64,000 bases of DNA from an uncultured Lachnospiraceae bacterium (GTDB taxonomy: Bacteria > Bacillota > Clostridia > Christensenellales > UBA1242): assembly GCA_964405555.1 (NCBI GenBank), contig CAYOOB010000003.1, positions 24,606-88,605 of the forward strand. The letters run 5' to 3'. Positions within the stretch are counted from its first letter, which is position 1, and the number at the start of each line of letters is the position of its first letter. The notes beneath the pieces are model-generated. The model saw only the letters and a program-made list of their open reading frames with translations. It ran no database searches and was not told the origin of the DNA. This document shows positions 19,399-29,328 of this stretch, in pieces. A program made the translations under genes and the position numbers.

Positions 19399-19831
19399 TT
19401 TCAACAAATTGGCATAATTTCGAAAGTTGTTAAATTATTGTTCGAAATTTTTTAATTTTTTACTAGCAACAGCATTCAAAAGGAACGTCTTTATTATATT
19501 TTTCATCACAATAAACATTTCCTTTGCCAGTCTACTTTATGTAATACGAATTGTCTTTCTTTTCAAGGAATTCTATTTTTCTGCTTTTATATCCTCATAT
19601 TCATGCACATATAGTGTCCAACCTTTTTTATCTGAAAATGTAAATGTTTAATTTTATAAATCTTGTATGGATAATTTGCCAATATTAATTCTTTTTTATA
19701 TAGGGTAGGTTGCCAAAGTTCTCCGTCAACTCTTTTATCTTATGTAAAGATTTCAATATTAAATTTGAACTTTTTTTATTGTTGCTTTATCAATTTTAAA
19801 AGTTAAATTAGCAAGTTTTAAATATTTTTCT

Positions 19832-20212
19832 TTAGTTGTCGTCACATATTTCTTCTGTATTTGAAGTTTCATTTTTGTGTTTTGATTGATTTTTTTGTTT
19901 TTTCTTCATTAGTTTTTTAGTAATTATATGTAATGTTATTTGAAATATAAAAAGTCCAATTGCAACCAACAACATTATAAGCCCAACATTAAAATAATTA
20001 TCTTTTACATCATATATAACAGAACTTTTTACGCTCATAAGTGATATTCCAGTCACAAATAAAACAAAGAATGTGACTGAAACAATAATTCCAAGAATTT
20101 TTAGCAAAATAACTTGCCATCTTTTTAATTTTTCTTCGGGAACAATTAATAATGCAAAATTTGCGAATAAACTTAAAAATATATCGTCTAAAAGTATTGT
20201 TAAAATTTCCAT
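19832..20212 (-). CDS. small membrane protein with Lys-rich tail; function unknown
   Basis: 126-aa ORF with 3 hydrophobic helices and a GGAG-type RBS (complement of aactcct 20216-20222). No recognisable motif. Confidence 0.45.
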   Translation of the reverse strand: MEILTILLDDIFLSLFANFALLIVPEEKLKRWQVILLKILGIIVSVTFFVLFVTGISLMSVKSSVIYDVKDNYFNVGLIMLLVAIGLFIFQITLHIITKKLMKKKQKNQSKHKNETSNTEEICDDN

Positions 20213-20633
20213 AATAACTCCTTTTTAATTATAACATAGAGAGAGGAAAGGTTGTCAAATATTTTGCATTTTTTTTGTATAATGTAAAGATTTTATAGTC
20301 CTTAATAAAAACAATTAAGGGTTATGAACATGAAAAGTATGTTGTGAGAATTACAAAACAAGATTACACAGAAGTAAAAATTAATATTAAAATCAATTAA
20401 TAGGAAATAAATTTGCAAGAAATAACATTAACAATAAATTGATTAGAAAGCAAAATGTATTAAAAACAAGATGAATAAGAAAATAAATTAATTAGAAAGA
20501 ATTAATTGGAAGGTTATATATTGTTTAAAGGGTATCTAAAAATGACAAAAATACTGCAGAAACCTATATTTTTGCTATTTTTTTTATATGTGTTTAGGTG
20601 TTGAATTTAATAAAATTGTTTTGAGGTGAGATT

Positions 20634-21434
20634 TTGAAAATTGTTGTGGAATATGTCTTGCTGGAAAATTTACTTATCAACCTCATAATTTTAAAAACTA
20701 CCTCTCTTCTTTTAAAGGAAAGGAGTAGGCTTTGTTTATTGTCGGCGTTTTTTGGAGGATGTGTCACTGTTGCTATGCCAGCAATGATGTTGTCGAAGTT
20801 GGGGTATGTCCTAATTGAAATTGGTTTGTCAATGATTGTAATTTGTATTTCTTTCAAGTTTAAGACACTCAAAAAGTTTCTTGGAATATTCTTAACATAC
20901 TTCATTACTACTTTAATTTATGGTGGTGCCTGCTATTATTTTGAAAACTTGTTTGGTTTTACCTCGCTATTGATTGTGCTTTTGGTGGTGGTTTGCGTTT
21001 TTGTGATTATGAAAGTTTTTATCAAACTGCTCCACAGACGAAGAAATATTGAAAATTTTTGTTTTGATGTTGAGATTGAAATTGATGGAAAGAAAACAAA
21101 ATGGAAGGGTTTTCTTGATAGTGGAAATCTACTGCATGATCCTATCACAAATAAGCCGGTAAGTTTGATTAATTACAAGGTTTTTTCTTCACTGTTCAAA
21201 GAAATCAAGATTGAGGATGTGTTATTCAAAAGCGAAAGATTAAAGAAATTAAAATCGGCTCACTACATCTCATTTAACACATTAGGCGGAGGTGACAAAA
21301 TTTTGGTTTTTCAAGTGGATAGTTTGTGTGTGGCAGGTAAGCATTTGCAAAAAGCAACATTAGGGCTAAGCTTTAAAAATTTCAAACAAGCATTTGGGAG
21401 TGATATTATATTGAGTGGTTCTTTGGCAAGTTAA
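20634..21434 (+). CDS. spoIIGA: sigma-E processing peptidase SpoIIGA
   Basis: Five N-terminal TM helices and the aspartic protease motif FLDSGNLLHDPITNKPV (D-S/T-G-N..DP.T..PV). It lies directly upstream of sigE. Confidence 0.88.
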   Translation: MKIVVEYVLLENLLINLIILKTTSLLLKERSRLCLLSAFFGGCVTVAMPAMMLSKLGYVLIEIGLSMIVICISFKFKTLKKFLGIFLTYFITTLIYGGACYYFENLFGFTSLLIVLLVVVCVFVIMKVFIKLLHRRRNIENFCFDVEIEIDGKKTKWKGFLDSGNLLHDPITNKPVSLINYKVFSSLFKEIKIEDVLFKSERLKKLKSAHYISFNTLGGGDKILVFQVDSLCVAGKHLQKATLGLSFKNFKQAFGSDIILSGSLAS

Positions 21435-21554
21435 ATGAAAGTTAAACAGTTAAAGTATGTTATGCTTAATTTATAAAAATGAATTTTTTAATTGATTTAA
21501 GTGTTGTTGTTTTGAGAAAATTGTTAATTAAAAGATAAATTTGTTGGAGGAAAA

Positions 21555-22286
21555 ATGAACGAATTTTTTATTAAGATTAAACTTATGCTTTGGAAGTTTT
21601 TTAATCGTGAAGACTCAAAATGTGCCGAAGATATTATGTGTTATATTTGTGGAGATAAAGCTTTGCCACAACCACTTCCAGCCGAGGAGGAGGCGCTGTT
21701 ACTTGACGAAATAAAAAATGGTAATTTGCAGGCACGTGACAAACTGATTGAGCATAATTTACGTTTGGTTGTTTATATTGCCAAGAAGTTTGAAACCTCT
21801 GGAATTGAATTGGAAGATTTAATTTCAATTGGTGCAATTGGACTTATCAAAGCGGTAAAGACATATAAACTCGACAAAAATATCAAACTTGCCACTTATG
21901 CAAGTCGATGTATTGAAAACGAAATTTTGATGCAACTCAGAAAAAGCACGAGAATCAGAAATGAAATCTCTCTGGATGAACCACTTTCTTCTGACGGAGA
22001 TGGTAATGAACTTCTTCTTGCAGATATTATTTCAGTGGACGAAGACAGTGTTTCAAAAAACATAGAAACCACGGCAGAGAAACAAATTTTAATGGAGGTA
22101 ATATCTAAATTGGATAGTCGAGAGCAAATGATTATGTATCTTCGTTTTGGACTTCTGGGATACGAAGAAAAAACACAAAAGGAGGTGGCGGATATGATGG
22201 GTATAAGTCAAAGTTATATCTCACGAATTGAGAAAAAAATTTTAAATAAACTACGAAAAAAGCTTGAAAAAACAGCAGAAAATTAA
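21555..22286 (+). CDS. sigE: RNA polymerase sporulation sigma factor E (pro-sigma-E)
   Basis: Pro-sequence followed by [48 protein letters not shown]. Region 4 is [23 protein letters not shown]. Confidence 0.92.
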   Translation: MNEFFIKIKLMLWKFFNREDSKCAEDIMCYICGDKALPQPLPAEEEALLLDEIKNGNLQARDKLIEHNLRLVVYIAKKFETSGIELEDLISIGAIGLIKAVKTYKLDKNIKLATYASRCIENEILMQLRKSTRIRNEISLDEPLSSDGDGNELLLADIISVDEDSVSKNIETTAEKQILMEVISKLDSREQMIMYLRFGLLGYEEKTQKEVADMMGISQSYISRIEKKILNKLRKKLEKTAEN

Positions 22287-22718
22287 AAATTTAATAAAAA
22301 ATAAGTATTAATTGATAAAAAATATAAAATAAAATTATTTATAAAAATAATTATTGAATATTGACAATAGGATAAAAAACAAAATAAATAAAATAAATTA
22401 AAATTTATAAAAAAAGGAAAATAGATTATGGTAAATAAACAAAAAAATAATAAAAATGACAATAAAATAACAAAAACTCAACAATCTGACGATAAAATAC
22501 ACAAAAAAATTATAAAATTGATTGTAAAACAAAAAATTTAGAAATAAAAAATTAGAATAAAAATATATAAATTTATATTAATTAATAAATAATAAAAAAT
22601 AATATAATTAAAAAAATAAAAATAAATAAAAAAATAATAAAAAATAAAATAAAAATAATTAAAAAAATAATAAAAAAATGTCAAAAAAGCACTATTTTTG
22701 GCAATTTTTTCTTATTTT

Positions 22719-22748
22719 GCATAGTTTTATGCAACAAGGGGCAAGATA
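22719..22748 (+). promoter_or_regulatory. candidate forespore (sigma-F/G type) promoter of sigG
   Basis: GCATA (22719-22723), a 15-nt spacer, then GGGCAAGATA (22739-22748). This resembles the B. subtilis sigma-F consensus GYATA-15-GGnnAnAHTR with one mismatch (consensus recalled from memory). It sits about 23 nt before the RBS/ATG of sigG. Confidence 0.35.
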
Positions 22749-22770
22749 TTCTTTAAGAAAAGGAGGTTCT

Positions 22771-23544
22771 ATGTCCAATAGGGTTGTTATTTCGGGAGTA
22801 AACACTTCAAACTTACCAAAACTTAAAAATGAAGAAGTTATGGAACTTCTCAAAAAAGTTAAAAATGGAGATGAATTTGCACGAGATAAATTTGTTGTGG
22901 CAAATTTGCGATTGGTACTTTCTGTGGTGCAAAGATTTTCGGGGCATAGCGACAAGTCTGATGATATGTTTCAAGTTGGATGTGTTGGACTTCTGAAAGC
23001 GATTGATAATTTTGATGAAACGCTTAATGTACGCTTTTCGACTTATGCGGTTCCTATGATTGTTGGAGAAATTAGAAGATATTTGCGTGACAACAATTCT
23101 GTTAGGGTCAGTCGCTCCATTCGTGATATGGCATACCGTGCATTGCAGGCAAAGGAGGAATACATTAAACAAAACAACGCAGAACCCACTTTGGAGCAAA
23201 TATCTAAAATGTTGGACGTGCCTCTTGTAGATGTTACTTTTGCACTTGACGCAATCAGTGAAACAATATCTTTGAACGAACCAATTTATAATGATGGAAA
23301 CGACACTATAAGAATGATGGATCAAATTGCAGACGATAAAAATTGTGATGATGAACTTGTTGAGAAACTTTCTTTAAATGATGCGATAAAAAATTTGTCT
23401 GAGCGAGAAAAAGAAATTTTGCTTATGAGATATTATGTTGGCAAAACACAAATGGAGGTGAGCGAAGAGGTTGGTATATCACAAGCACAAGTTTCAAGAT
23501 TAGAAAAAAATGCGTTGAAGGCAATAAAAAATTTTATTGAGTAA
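22771..23544 (+). CDS. sigG: RNA polymerase sporulation sigma factor G
   Basis: MSNRVVISGVNTSNLPKLKNEEVMELL..ARDKFVVANLRLVLSVVQRF..VGCVGLLKAIDNFD..YAVPMIVGEIRRYLRD. I prefer the ATG at 22771 (AAAGGAGG 5 nt upstream). The track start at 22678 lies in an A/T tract. Confidence 0.92.
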   Translation: MSNRVVISGVNTSNLPKLKNEEVMELLKKVKNGDEFARDKFVVANLRLVLSVVQRFSGHSDKSDDMFQVGCVGLLKAIDNFDETLNVRFSTYAVPMIVGEIRRYLRDNNSVRVSRSIRDMAYRALQAKEEYIKQNNAEPTLEQISKMLDVPLVDVTFALDAISETISLNEPIYNDGNDTIRMMDQIADDKNCDDELVEKLSLNDAIKNLSEREKEILLMRYYVGKTQMEVSEEVGISQAQVSRLEKNALKAIKNFIE

Positions 23545-23805
23545 ATTCAATAAAATTTTTTATTGCTGTGTGTTGTTTAAAATTTTTTATTCTTTTTAGG
23601 TTTGATTTATAAAGCAATTTAGATTTTTAATGTGTTTATAATTTTTTTTTGAAGGTTTTATTATAAGGTTAATATTTATGGGTTTTATTTTATTAGATTT
23701 ATTTTTTTTGATTTTTTTGTTTTATGTAAGTTCTTTATTTATTTGATTTTGTTAATTATTGTTTTATATAAGTTCTTTATTTGTTAAAATTATGTTAAAA
23801 GGTTT

Positions 23806-24417
23806 TTATTTGTTAAAATAGTTTCCGTTTTGATTTCCTAAATAAATACCTTCGGATATATTACTGTGGTTGCGTATGTTTGCAGTGCCTGACAGTATTG
23901 CATCTCCATGAATTTGAGCATATCCAGAAACTTTTGCATAACCGCCAACTGTGGCATTATCATAAACTTCCGCTCCATCATAAACGATTGCGTGACCAAC
24001 CACTTTTGCATTTCCTCTCACACAAGCGGAGTTGTATATAATAGCATTACCGCCAACAATGGCATTTTCACTTATTTCTGCCAAACCACCAACACTTGCA
24101 TTGTTTTTAACAATTGCAGAATTTTCCACTGTGGCATCTTGGCATACGATGGCATCGTCATAAATCCAGCATGAACCGCTTTGAGATAAGTTTTTACCAC
24201 TCTGTATCCAGCCACCAAGCTCGCCCTTTTTAACTAAAATCTTACCACTTGGATCCTTGATATCTTTTATTGCTTGAATGCGATATAATGTTATAAGTTT
24301 GTTTTCGCCATTCATATTTCTGGCATATATCTTTTTGCGATGGCTAAGAAGAAAGATGTATTTTTCTTCATTTCCAAAAGTTAATTTTATATTTTTCATT
24401 TTAGACTGTGTTTTCAT
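23806..24417 (-). CDS. YdcK-like left-handed beta-helix (hexapeptide-repeat) protein
   Basis: N-terminal LYRIQAIKDI..GELGGWIQSGKNLSQSGSCWIYDDAIV, followed by about 8 imperfect hexapeptide-type repeats (ATVENSAIVKNNASVGG..NAIVGGNAIIYNSACVRGNAKVVGHAIVYDGAEV..). Start set at the ATG with GAGGAG upstream. Confidence 0.5.
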   Translation of the reverse strand: MKTQSKMKNIKLTFGNEEKYIFLLSHRKKIYARNMNGENKLITLYRIQAIKDIKDPSGKILVKKGELGGWIQSGKNLSQSGSCWIYDDAIVCQDATVENSAIVKNNASVGGLAEISENAIVGGNAIIYNSACVRGNAKVVGHAIVYDGAEVYDNATVGGYAKVSGYAQIHGDAILSGTANIRNHSNISEGIYLGNQNGNYFNK

Positions 24418-24555
24418 ATTAAACTCCTCACTTAAAATATACCACAATAATATTTGTTTGTCAATAATAGAATTTAAGCAAAGTTGCGGATAATGAAATA
24501 TAAAAATTTTTTATTATTTATTCATTTTTTGACAAAATGCGACATATTTTAAACC

Positions 24556-24852
24556 ATGGAAACGTCGTTTTTAGAACTGAGATGCAAAGAAGTTGTTGAT
24601 GTTGTGGATGGGAGAAGGCTGGGGCATATTGTGGACGTTATTTTTAATTTGGAAAATGGATGTCTTCAAGGAGTGGTTGTGCCTGGCGAAAAGAGTTTTT
24701 GGAATGTGTTTAAAAGCGGAACCGAACTTTTTATATCGTTGAGTCAAATTGTAAAAGTGGGAGAGGATGCTGTGTTGGTAGAACTTTTTGCTAATCAAAA
24801 CTCCAATTCTCCATACATTGCAAGTGCGGGAGTAAGAAAGAAAAATAAATGA
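24556..24852 (+). CDS. ylmC: YlmC/YmxH family sporulation protein (PRC-barrel)
   Basis: LRCKEVVDVVDGRRLGHIVDVIFNLENGCLQGVVVPG matches the YlmC/YmxH signature (L..KEVIN..DG..LG...D..ID...G.I..II.PG). Confidence 0.8.
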   Translation: METSFLELRCKEVVDVVDGRRLGHIVDVIFNLENGCLQGVVVPGEKSFWNVFKSGTELFISLSQIVKVGEDAVLVELFANQNSNSPYIASAGVRKKNK

Positions 24853-24940
24853 ATTTTAATCAGTAAAATTATAAGATTAAGGAAGAATATAAAACCTTCA
24901 AAAACCACAATTCATTTTTGTAATTGTGGAAAGTCTGTTT

Positions 24941-25062
24941 TGATAAATAAGTTATGATAAATAAGTTATGATAAATATGTTATGATAAATATGTTATGAT
25001 AAATATGTTATGATAAATATGTTATGTTATGATAAATATGTTATGTTATGATAAATAGGTTA
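24941..25062. repeat. 14-bp minisatellite, about 8 copies (tgataaata[at]gtta) with two 5-bp tgtta insertions
   Basis: Read directly. Units start at 24941, 24955, 24969, 24983, 24997, 25011, 25030 and 25049. Confidence 0.95.
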
Positions 25063-25117
25063 AGGTAAATTATAATTCTTTGGTTTATTAAGATTTTATA
25101 AAATTAAAAAACAACTA

Positions 25118-25441
25118 TTAAAGTTGTTTTGGTTTTTCCATATAATTCACTTTTTTGCCTGTTCTTGTTGCATAAGCAATTTCACTTTTTGTGCTTTCTC
25201 CAATGTAACCGTCTTTATTTATCACAAAAATTTCGTCTGCCATATCAATTTTTCGCTTGTGCATATCATCAAGCATCTCTTTTGTTCCTTCGCTCCAAAC
25301 CTCGTTATCTCCAGAATGTCCAAAAAGACCAACAGAGATTACAATGCAACCTTCAAGAGTTAATCGTTTTTGCTCTCTGAAGAAATCGTCTTTAAATCTT
25401 GTGCTACCACACAATGTTACAACTTTATATTTTCCAACCAT
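25118..25441 (-). CDS. small protein, possibly nucleoside 2-deoxyribosyltransferase-like/DUF4406-like fold
   Basis: 107 aa with RBS GGAGGA. The pattern VVTLCGSTRFKD...LDDMHKRKIDMADEIFVINKDGYIGESTKSEIAYA resembles that family as I recall it. The product call is weak. Confidence 0.35.
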   Translation of the reverse strand: MVGKYKVVTLCGSTRFKDDFFREQKRLTLEGCIVISVGLFGHSGDNEVWSEGTKEMLDDMHKRKIDMADEIFVINKDGYIGESTKSEIAYATRTGKKVNYMEKPKQL

Positions 25442-25510
25442 GTTTTCCTCCGATTTTTATATTTTATTTCTGTTATGTTTTTATATATTTTGCTATTTTG
25501 CAATAATGTT

Positions 25511-25954
25511 TTACATTTCTGTTATAAGTTTGATGAAATTGGTTACATCTTTAAATTGGCGATAAACTGAAGCAAAGCGGACATACGCAATTTCATCCAC
25601 TGCTTTAAGTTTTTTCATTACCATTTCACCAATCTCTTGTGAAGGTACTTCTTGTCTTAAAGAGTTTTGAATGCTCTTTTCGATTTCATCTGCCATGGTG
25701 TCGATTTGCGATATGGAAACAGGGCGTTTTTCGCACGCCTTAATCATTCCACTTTTTATCTTTTCTATATTAAATGGTTGACGACTTCCGTCTTTTTTTA
25801 CAACTAAAATTGGAACTGTTTCAATGGTTTCATAGGTTGTGAAACGTTTGCCACAACCAAGACATTCTCTTCTTCTTCTTATTGAATTTGTTTCATCTGT
25901 GCTTCTTGAATCTAAAACTTTGCTTTCTTCGCAACCGCAATAAATACATTTCAT
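25511..25954 (-). CDS. nrdR: transcriptional repressor NrdR
   Basis: [42 protein letters not shown] (zinc ribbon) plus an ATP-cone. Start set at 25954 with AGGAGT upstream. The track start at 26017 adds 21 unlikely residues. Confidence 0.92.
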   Translation of the reverse strand: MKCIYCGCEESKVLDSRSTDETNSIRRRRECLGCGKRFTTYETIETVPILVVKKDGSRQPFNIEKIKSGMIKACEKRPVSISQIDTMADEIEKSIQNSLRQEVPSQEIGEMVMKKLKAVDEIAYVRFASVYRQFKDVTNFIKLITEM

Positions 25955-26036
25955 AAGTTTACTCCTCGTTTTCATTTTAACACAATATTTTGTATTCTTA
26001 CAAGCAATTTTACACAATTAATGGAAAATTTTCTTT

Positions 26037-26087
26037 TTGTTGGGAAGTTTAAATTGTTGGGAAGTTCAAATTGCTGGGAAGTTCAAA
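26037..26087. repeat. 3 x 17-bp direct repeat (ttgytgggaagttyaaa) in the nrdR/feoA divergent intergenic region
   Basis: Units at 26037-26053, 26054-26070 and 26071-26087, with 1-2 substitutions between them. Confidence 0.9.
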
Positions 26088-26364
26088 ATAGTGTAAAGTC
26101 GAGAGTAAAATTGAATGCAAAGTTGGGTTTTTATCCGAAATTCTAAATATAGAGGCTCTTATACTCAACAAGAAATCGTTGTTAAATGGTTCTATATGGA
26201 AAGTTGAAAAAAATTAAATTAATATATAAGGCATTCCCTTTGTTGGGTTTTCATCATCATCTCCATCCACAATAGTAATACAATTACATAATCATCATGC
26301 CATTAAGTTATAATTGAGTTATAGGTTAAGTCATATATATTTGGACAAACTCATAAAATGCTCT

Positions 26365-26589
26365 ATGACAACCTTAAATCTTGCAAAGAAAAATCAAAAA
26401 TATCGTATTGTGGGTTATGTTGGGCAGTTGGATGGAGTTTCTCGTCGTCTGCTTGAACTTGGCTTTACTGAGGGCGAACAAGTGAAAGTGATTTCAACTT
26501 CATTGCAAAAGAAAGTCTTTTTGATTGAAATCCGTGGATATATTTTGAGTGTACAGACAAGTCTTCTTCAAAGAATAGAGGTTAAGTAA
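26365..26589 (+). CDS. feoA: ferrous iron transport protein FeoA
   Basis: LNLAKKNQKYRIVGYVG..RRLLELGFTEGEQVKVI is an SH3-like FeoA pattern. It lies upstream of feoB. Start set at the internal ATG (MTTLN). Confidence 0.8.
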   Translation: MTTLNLAKKNQKYRIVGYVGQLDGVSRRLLELGFTEGEQVKVISTSLQKKVFLIEIRGYILSVQTSLLQRIEVK

Positions 26590-26697
26590 AAAAATAAATT
26601 AATTTTTTGTTTTCTTCTAATTTGAAGAATTATTTTATTTGGTGTTTTAGTAGTATTTTTTTTGATGATTAAAATGATGCTTCATGGTGCGAGGTGT

Positions 26698-29052
26698 ATG
26701 GAAGAGATATTATTGGTTGGAAACCCTAATGCTGGCAAAACCACACTTTACAATAGTTTGACTTCTTCAAATGAACATATAGGTAATTGGCATGGGGTGA
26801 CAGTGGAAAATAAAGAAAAGTGCTTCAAGATTGATGGGCAAGATTTTTCATTGGTGGATACTCCGGGGATATATTCACTTTGTCCGCTTTCGTTTGAGGA
26901 GCAGGTGACGGTTAAGACTATTTTTGATGGTTATGAACGCAAAAAGGTTATAAACATCTGCGACCAAAATAATTTGAGAAGAAATCTCTATTTAACTCTT
27001 TGTCTTTTGGAAAGAGGTTGTGATGTTGTGCTGGTTGTGAATGAAATAGACAAAAAACCAATCTTTAAAATTGATTGCCAAAAATTGAGTGATTGTTTGG
27101 GTATTGATGTTGTTATGGTTAATGCTGAAAAGAAAATTGGTATTGATAAATTAAAGGGAGTTTTGTTAGAAAAATTTAAACGAGAAACCAAACCTAAAAA
27201 CGAAGTTTTAGATATAGATAATTTTGATGTTTTAGATAGAAAAATAAAAAACAAAAATGTTGAAAATGAGTTTAGGAAAAATTTATTTTATGATAAAAAT
27301 TACAACAAATTAGGTTATTTGAAGAATATTAAAATTGATAGAGCAACATTAAAAAATATTAAAGAAAAACTTAAAAACGGCACAACAGAGAAAGTTGTAA
27401 ATAATGAAGAAAAAATTAAAAATGATAAAAAAGGGTTAAAAATTAGCGAAAAAACGCAAAAAAATCAAGAAAAAACTGCAATTTTTGATGATTTTTATTC
27501 AAACATCAAACTTTACGAAAAAGATGAAAAGTATTTTGCTGAACTTGGAATCAAAGATTGTCAAGGGATTTTTTCTTGTGTGCCTGAAAATTCTATGCAA
27601 ATTTTAGCAAATCTCCGATATGATTTTATTAACACAATTATTTCTAAATGCACTACCAAAACTGAGGCGGTTTATGGAAAAAGTAAAATTGATAAAATTA
27701 TTTTAAATAAGTGGTTGGCTTTTCCTATTTTTGTGCTTATTTTGTCTGGAATATTTTATCTTACTTTCTTTTCTTTGGGTGGTTGGCTTTCTGATTTGCT
27801 TGGAAATGCTTTGCAAGTTTGTATATCGCCAATTTTAAACATGATTGAAAGTGCATTTGGACAGTCTTCGGCAATTTACAATCTTTTTAATGTGGCAATC
27901 TTTGGAGGGGTTGGAATGGTGCTATCCTTTTTGCCTCAGGTTGTGTTGTTATTTTTCTTTTTGTCTGTGCTGGAAGACAGTGGTTATATGTCGAGAGTGG
28001 CTTTCATTTTTGAAGATATCCTTGGAAAAATTGGACTGTCTGGCAAAAGTGTGTACACTCTTTTAATGGGGTTTGGCTGTTCAACCACTGCCATAATGAC
28101 CGCTCGCAATATGGAAGATAAGAATGCTAAAATTAAAACAGCAATACTGTGTCCATACATGAGTTGTTCGGCAAAAATTCCAATCTACACTGTGATTGGT
28201 GGGGCATTTTTTGGTGTGAATAACATCTTTTGTATTGTCGGGCTATATTTTTTGGGAGTGGCTGTTGCAATTCTAATTTCAACAATTTTTGAAAAAACTG
28301 TGTTAAAAAGCAAGAAACAGAGTTTTATTTTAGAATTTCCTCCATATCGCAAAATGTCTTTTAAGCGAGTTGGAAAGGTGTTGTGGAAGAACAGCAAAGA
28401 GTTTTTGGTTCGTGTTGGAACGGTTATGATTGCAATGAACATTATAATTTGGGTGCTTTCATCTTTTAGTTTCACATTTAAGTATGTTGCCAACGGTGAT
28501 GGTGTGAGTATGCTTGAAACAATTGGAAAAATTTTATCGCCAATTTTCAAACCTCTTGGCTTTGGAAGTTGGGCAATTGTGGCATCACTGCTTGCTGGAT
28601 TGGTGGCAAAAGAGGTGGTGATTTCTTCTATTGCTATGTTTAACGGCATTGATGCCAGTGTATACAAACTTGTTTCGCAATCTATAATTATTTCGACAAG
28701 TGCGGTCTACTTTGCTTCAAATGCAAGTGTGATTTCATTTTTAGTGTTCTGCTTGCTATACACTCCATGTATTGCTTCAATCTCCATGTTAATTCAAGAA
28801 ATTGGTGCGAAGTGGACGTTTATCAGTGTGTTAATTCAACTTTTTACCGCTTATGTGGTTTCTTTTGTGATTTACAATATCTTTTTCGCCTTTGAAGTGT
28901 TCGGTTTTGTGAAACCATTCGTGACGTTAGTCACAATTATCATAATTTTAATTGCGGTCTATTTTATAGTGAAAAAGTTGAAAAATGGAAATGTATGTGC
29001 ATATTGTGAAAGTTGCAACAAAAAATGTTTAAAAAAGCAAAAAAAACATTAA
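26698..29052 (+). CDS. feoB: ferrous iron transporter FeoB (with Lys/Asn-rich insertion after the G-domain)
   Basis: G1 GNPNAGKTTLYN, G3 DTPG, G4 NEID, then the polytopic gate domains (..LSFLPQVVLLFFFLSVLEDSGYM..). Cys-rich C-terminal tail. The start is ambiguous (26662-26698). Confidence 0.9.
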   Translation: MEEILLVGNPNAGKTTLYNSLTSSNEHIGNWHGVTVENKEKCFKIDGQDFSLVDTPGIYSLCPLSFEEQVTVKTIFDGYERKKVINICDQNNLRRNLYLTLCLLERGCDVVLVVNEIDKKPIFKIDCQKLSDCLGIDVVMVNAEKKIGIDKLKGVLLEKFKRETKPKNEVLDIDNFDVLDRKIKNKNVENEFRKNLFYDKNYNKLGYLKNIKIDRATLKNIKEKLKNGTTEKVVNNEEKIKNDKKGLKISEKTQKNQEKTAIFDDFYSNIKLYEKDEKYFAELGIKDCQGIFSCVPENSMQILANLRYDFINTIISKCTTKTEAVYGKSKIDKIILNKWLAFPIFVLILSGIFYLTFFSLGGWLSDLLGNALQVCISPILNMIESAFGQSSAIYNLFNVAIFGGVGMVLSFLPQVVLLFFFLSVLEDSGYMSRVAFIFEDILGKIGLSGKSVYTLLMGFGCSTTAIMTARNMEDKNAKIKTAILCPYMSCSAKIPIYTVIGGAFFGVNNIFCIVGLYFLGVAVAILISTIFEKTVLKSKKQSFILEFPPYRKMSFKRVGKVLWKNSKEFLVRVGTVMIAMNIIIWVLSSFSFTFKYVANGDGVSMLETIGKILSPIFKPLGFGSWAIVASLLAGLVAKEVVISSIAMFNGIDASVYKLVSQSIIISTSAVYFASNASVISFLVFCLLYTPCIASISMLIQEIGAKWTFISVLIQLFTAYVVSFVIYNIFFAFEVFGFVKPFVTLVTIIIILIAVYFIVKKLKNGNVCAYCESCNKKCLKKQKKH

Positions 29053-29328
29053 AAACATTATCTTAAGACCTAAAATATTACAAAAACATAAAAAGTTATT
29101 AAATAAATATTGGGACAAGAGGTAACAAAAATTGGGTTTATAAAGTTAATAGGAAAAACAAGAAAAATATAAGAAAACCTGAGAAAATATAAGAAAAACT
29201 ATAGAAAATACAAAAAAACATAAGGAAACAAGAAGAAATTAACGAGAGAATAAGAATAAATTTAAAACAATAGAATTTTCATTTTGAAATAATTTGATTT
29301 AAATTTTGTTTTATGTTATATTCATATT

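Noticed and set aside
22428-22541. 37-codon Lys/Asn-rich ORF in the sigE-sigG spacer
   Set aside because: Its composition is indistinguishable from the surrounding A-rich non-coding DNA, and its RBS is weak. I kept it only as a remark in the spacer finding.
24941-25062. Tandem repeats as a possible CRISPR array (also 36705-36802 and 63516-63745)
   Set aside because: The units are contiguous with no unique spacers. They are only 14-31 bp long, A/T-rich and non-palindromic, and no cas genes are present.
26271-26290. gtaat-aca-attac inverted repeat upstream of feoA as a Fur box
   Set aside because: It is only a 5-3-5 palindrome and matches the Fur consensus, as I recall it, poorly. The evidence is not sufficient.
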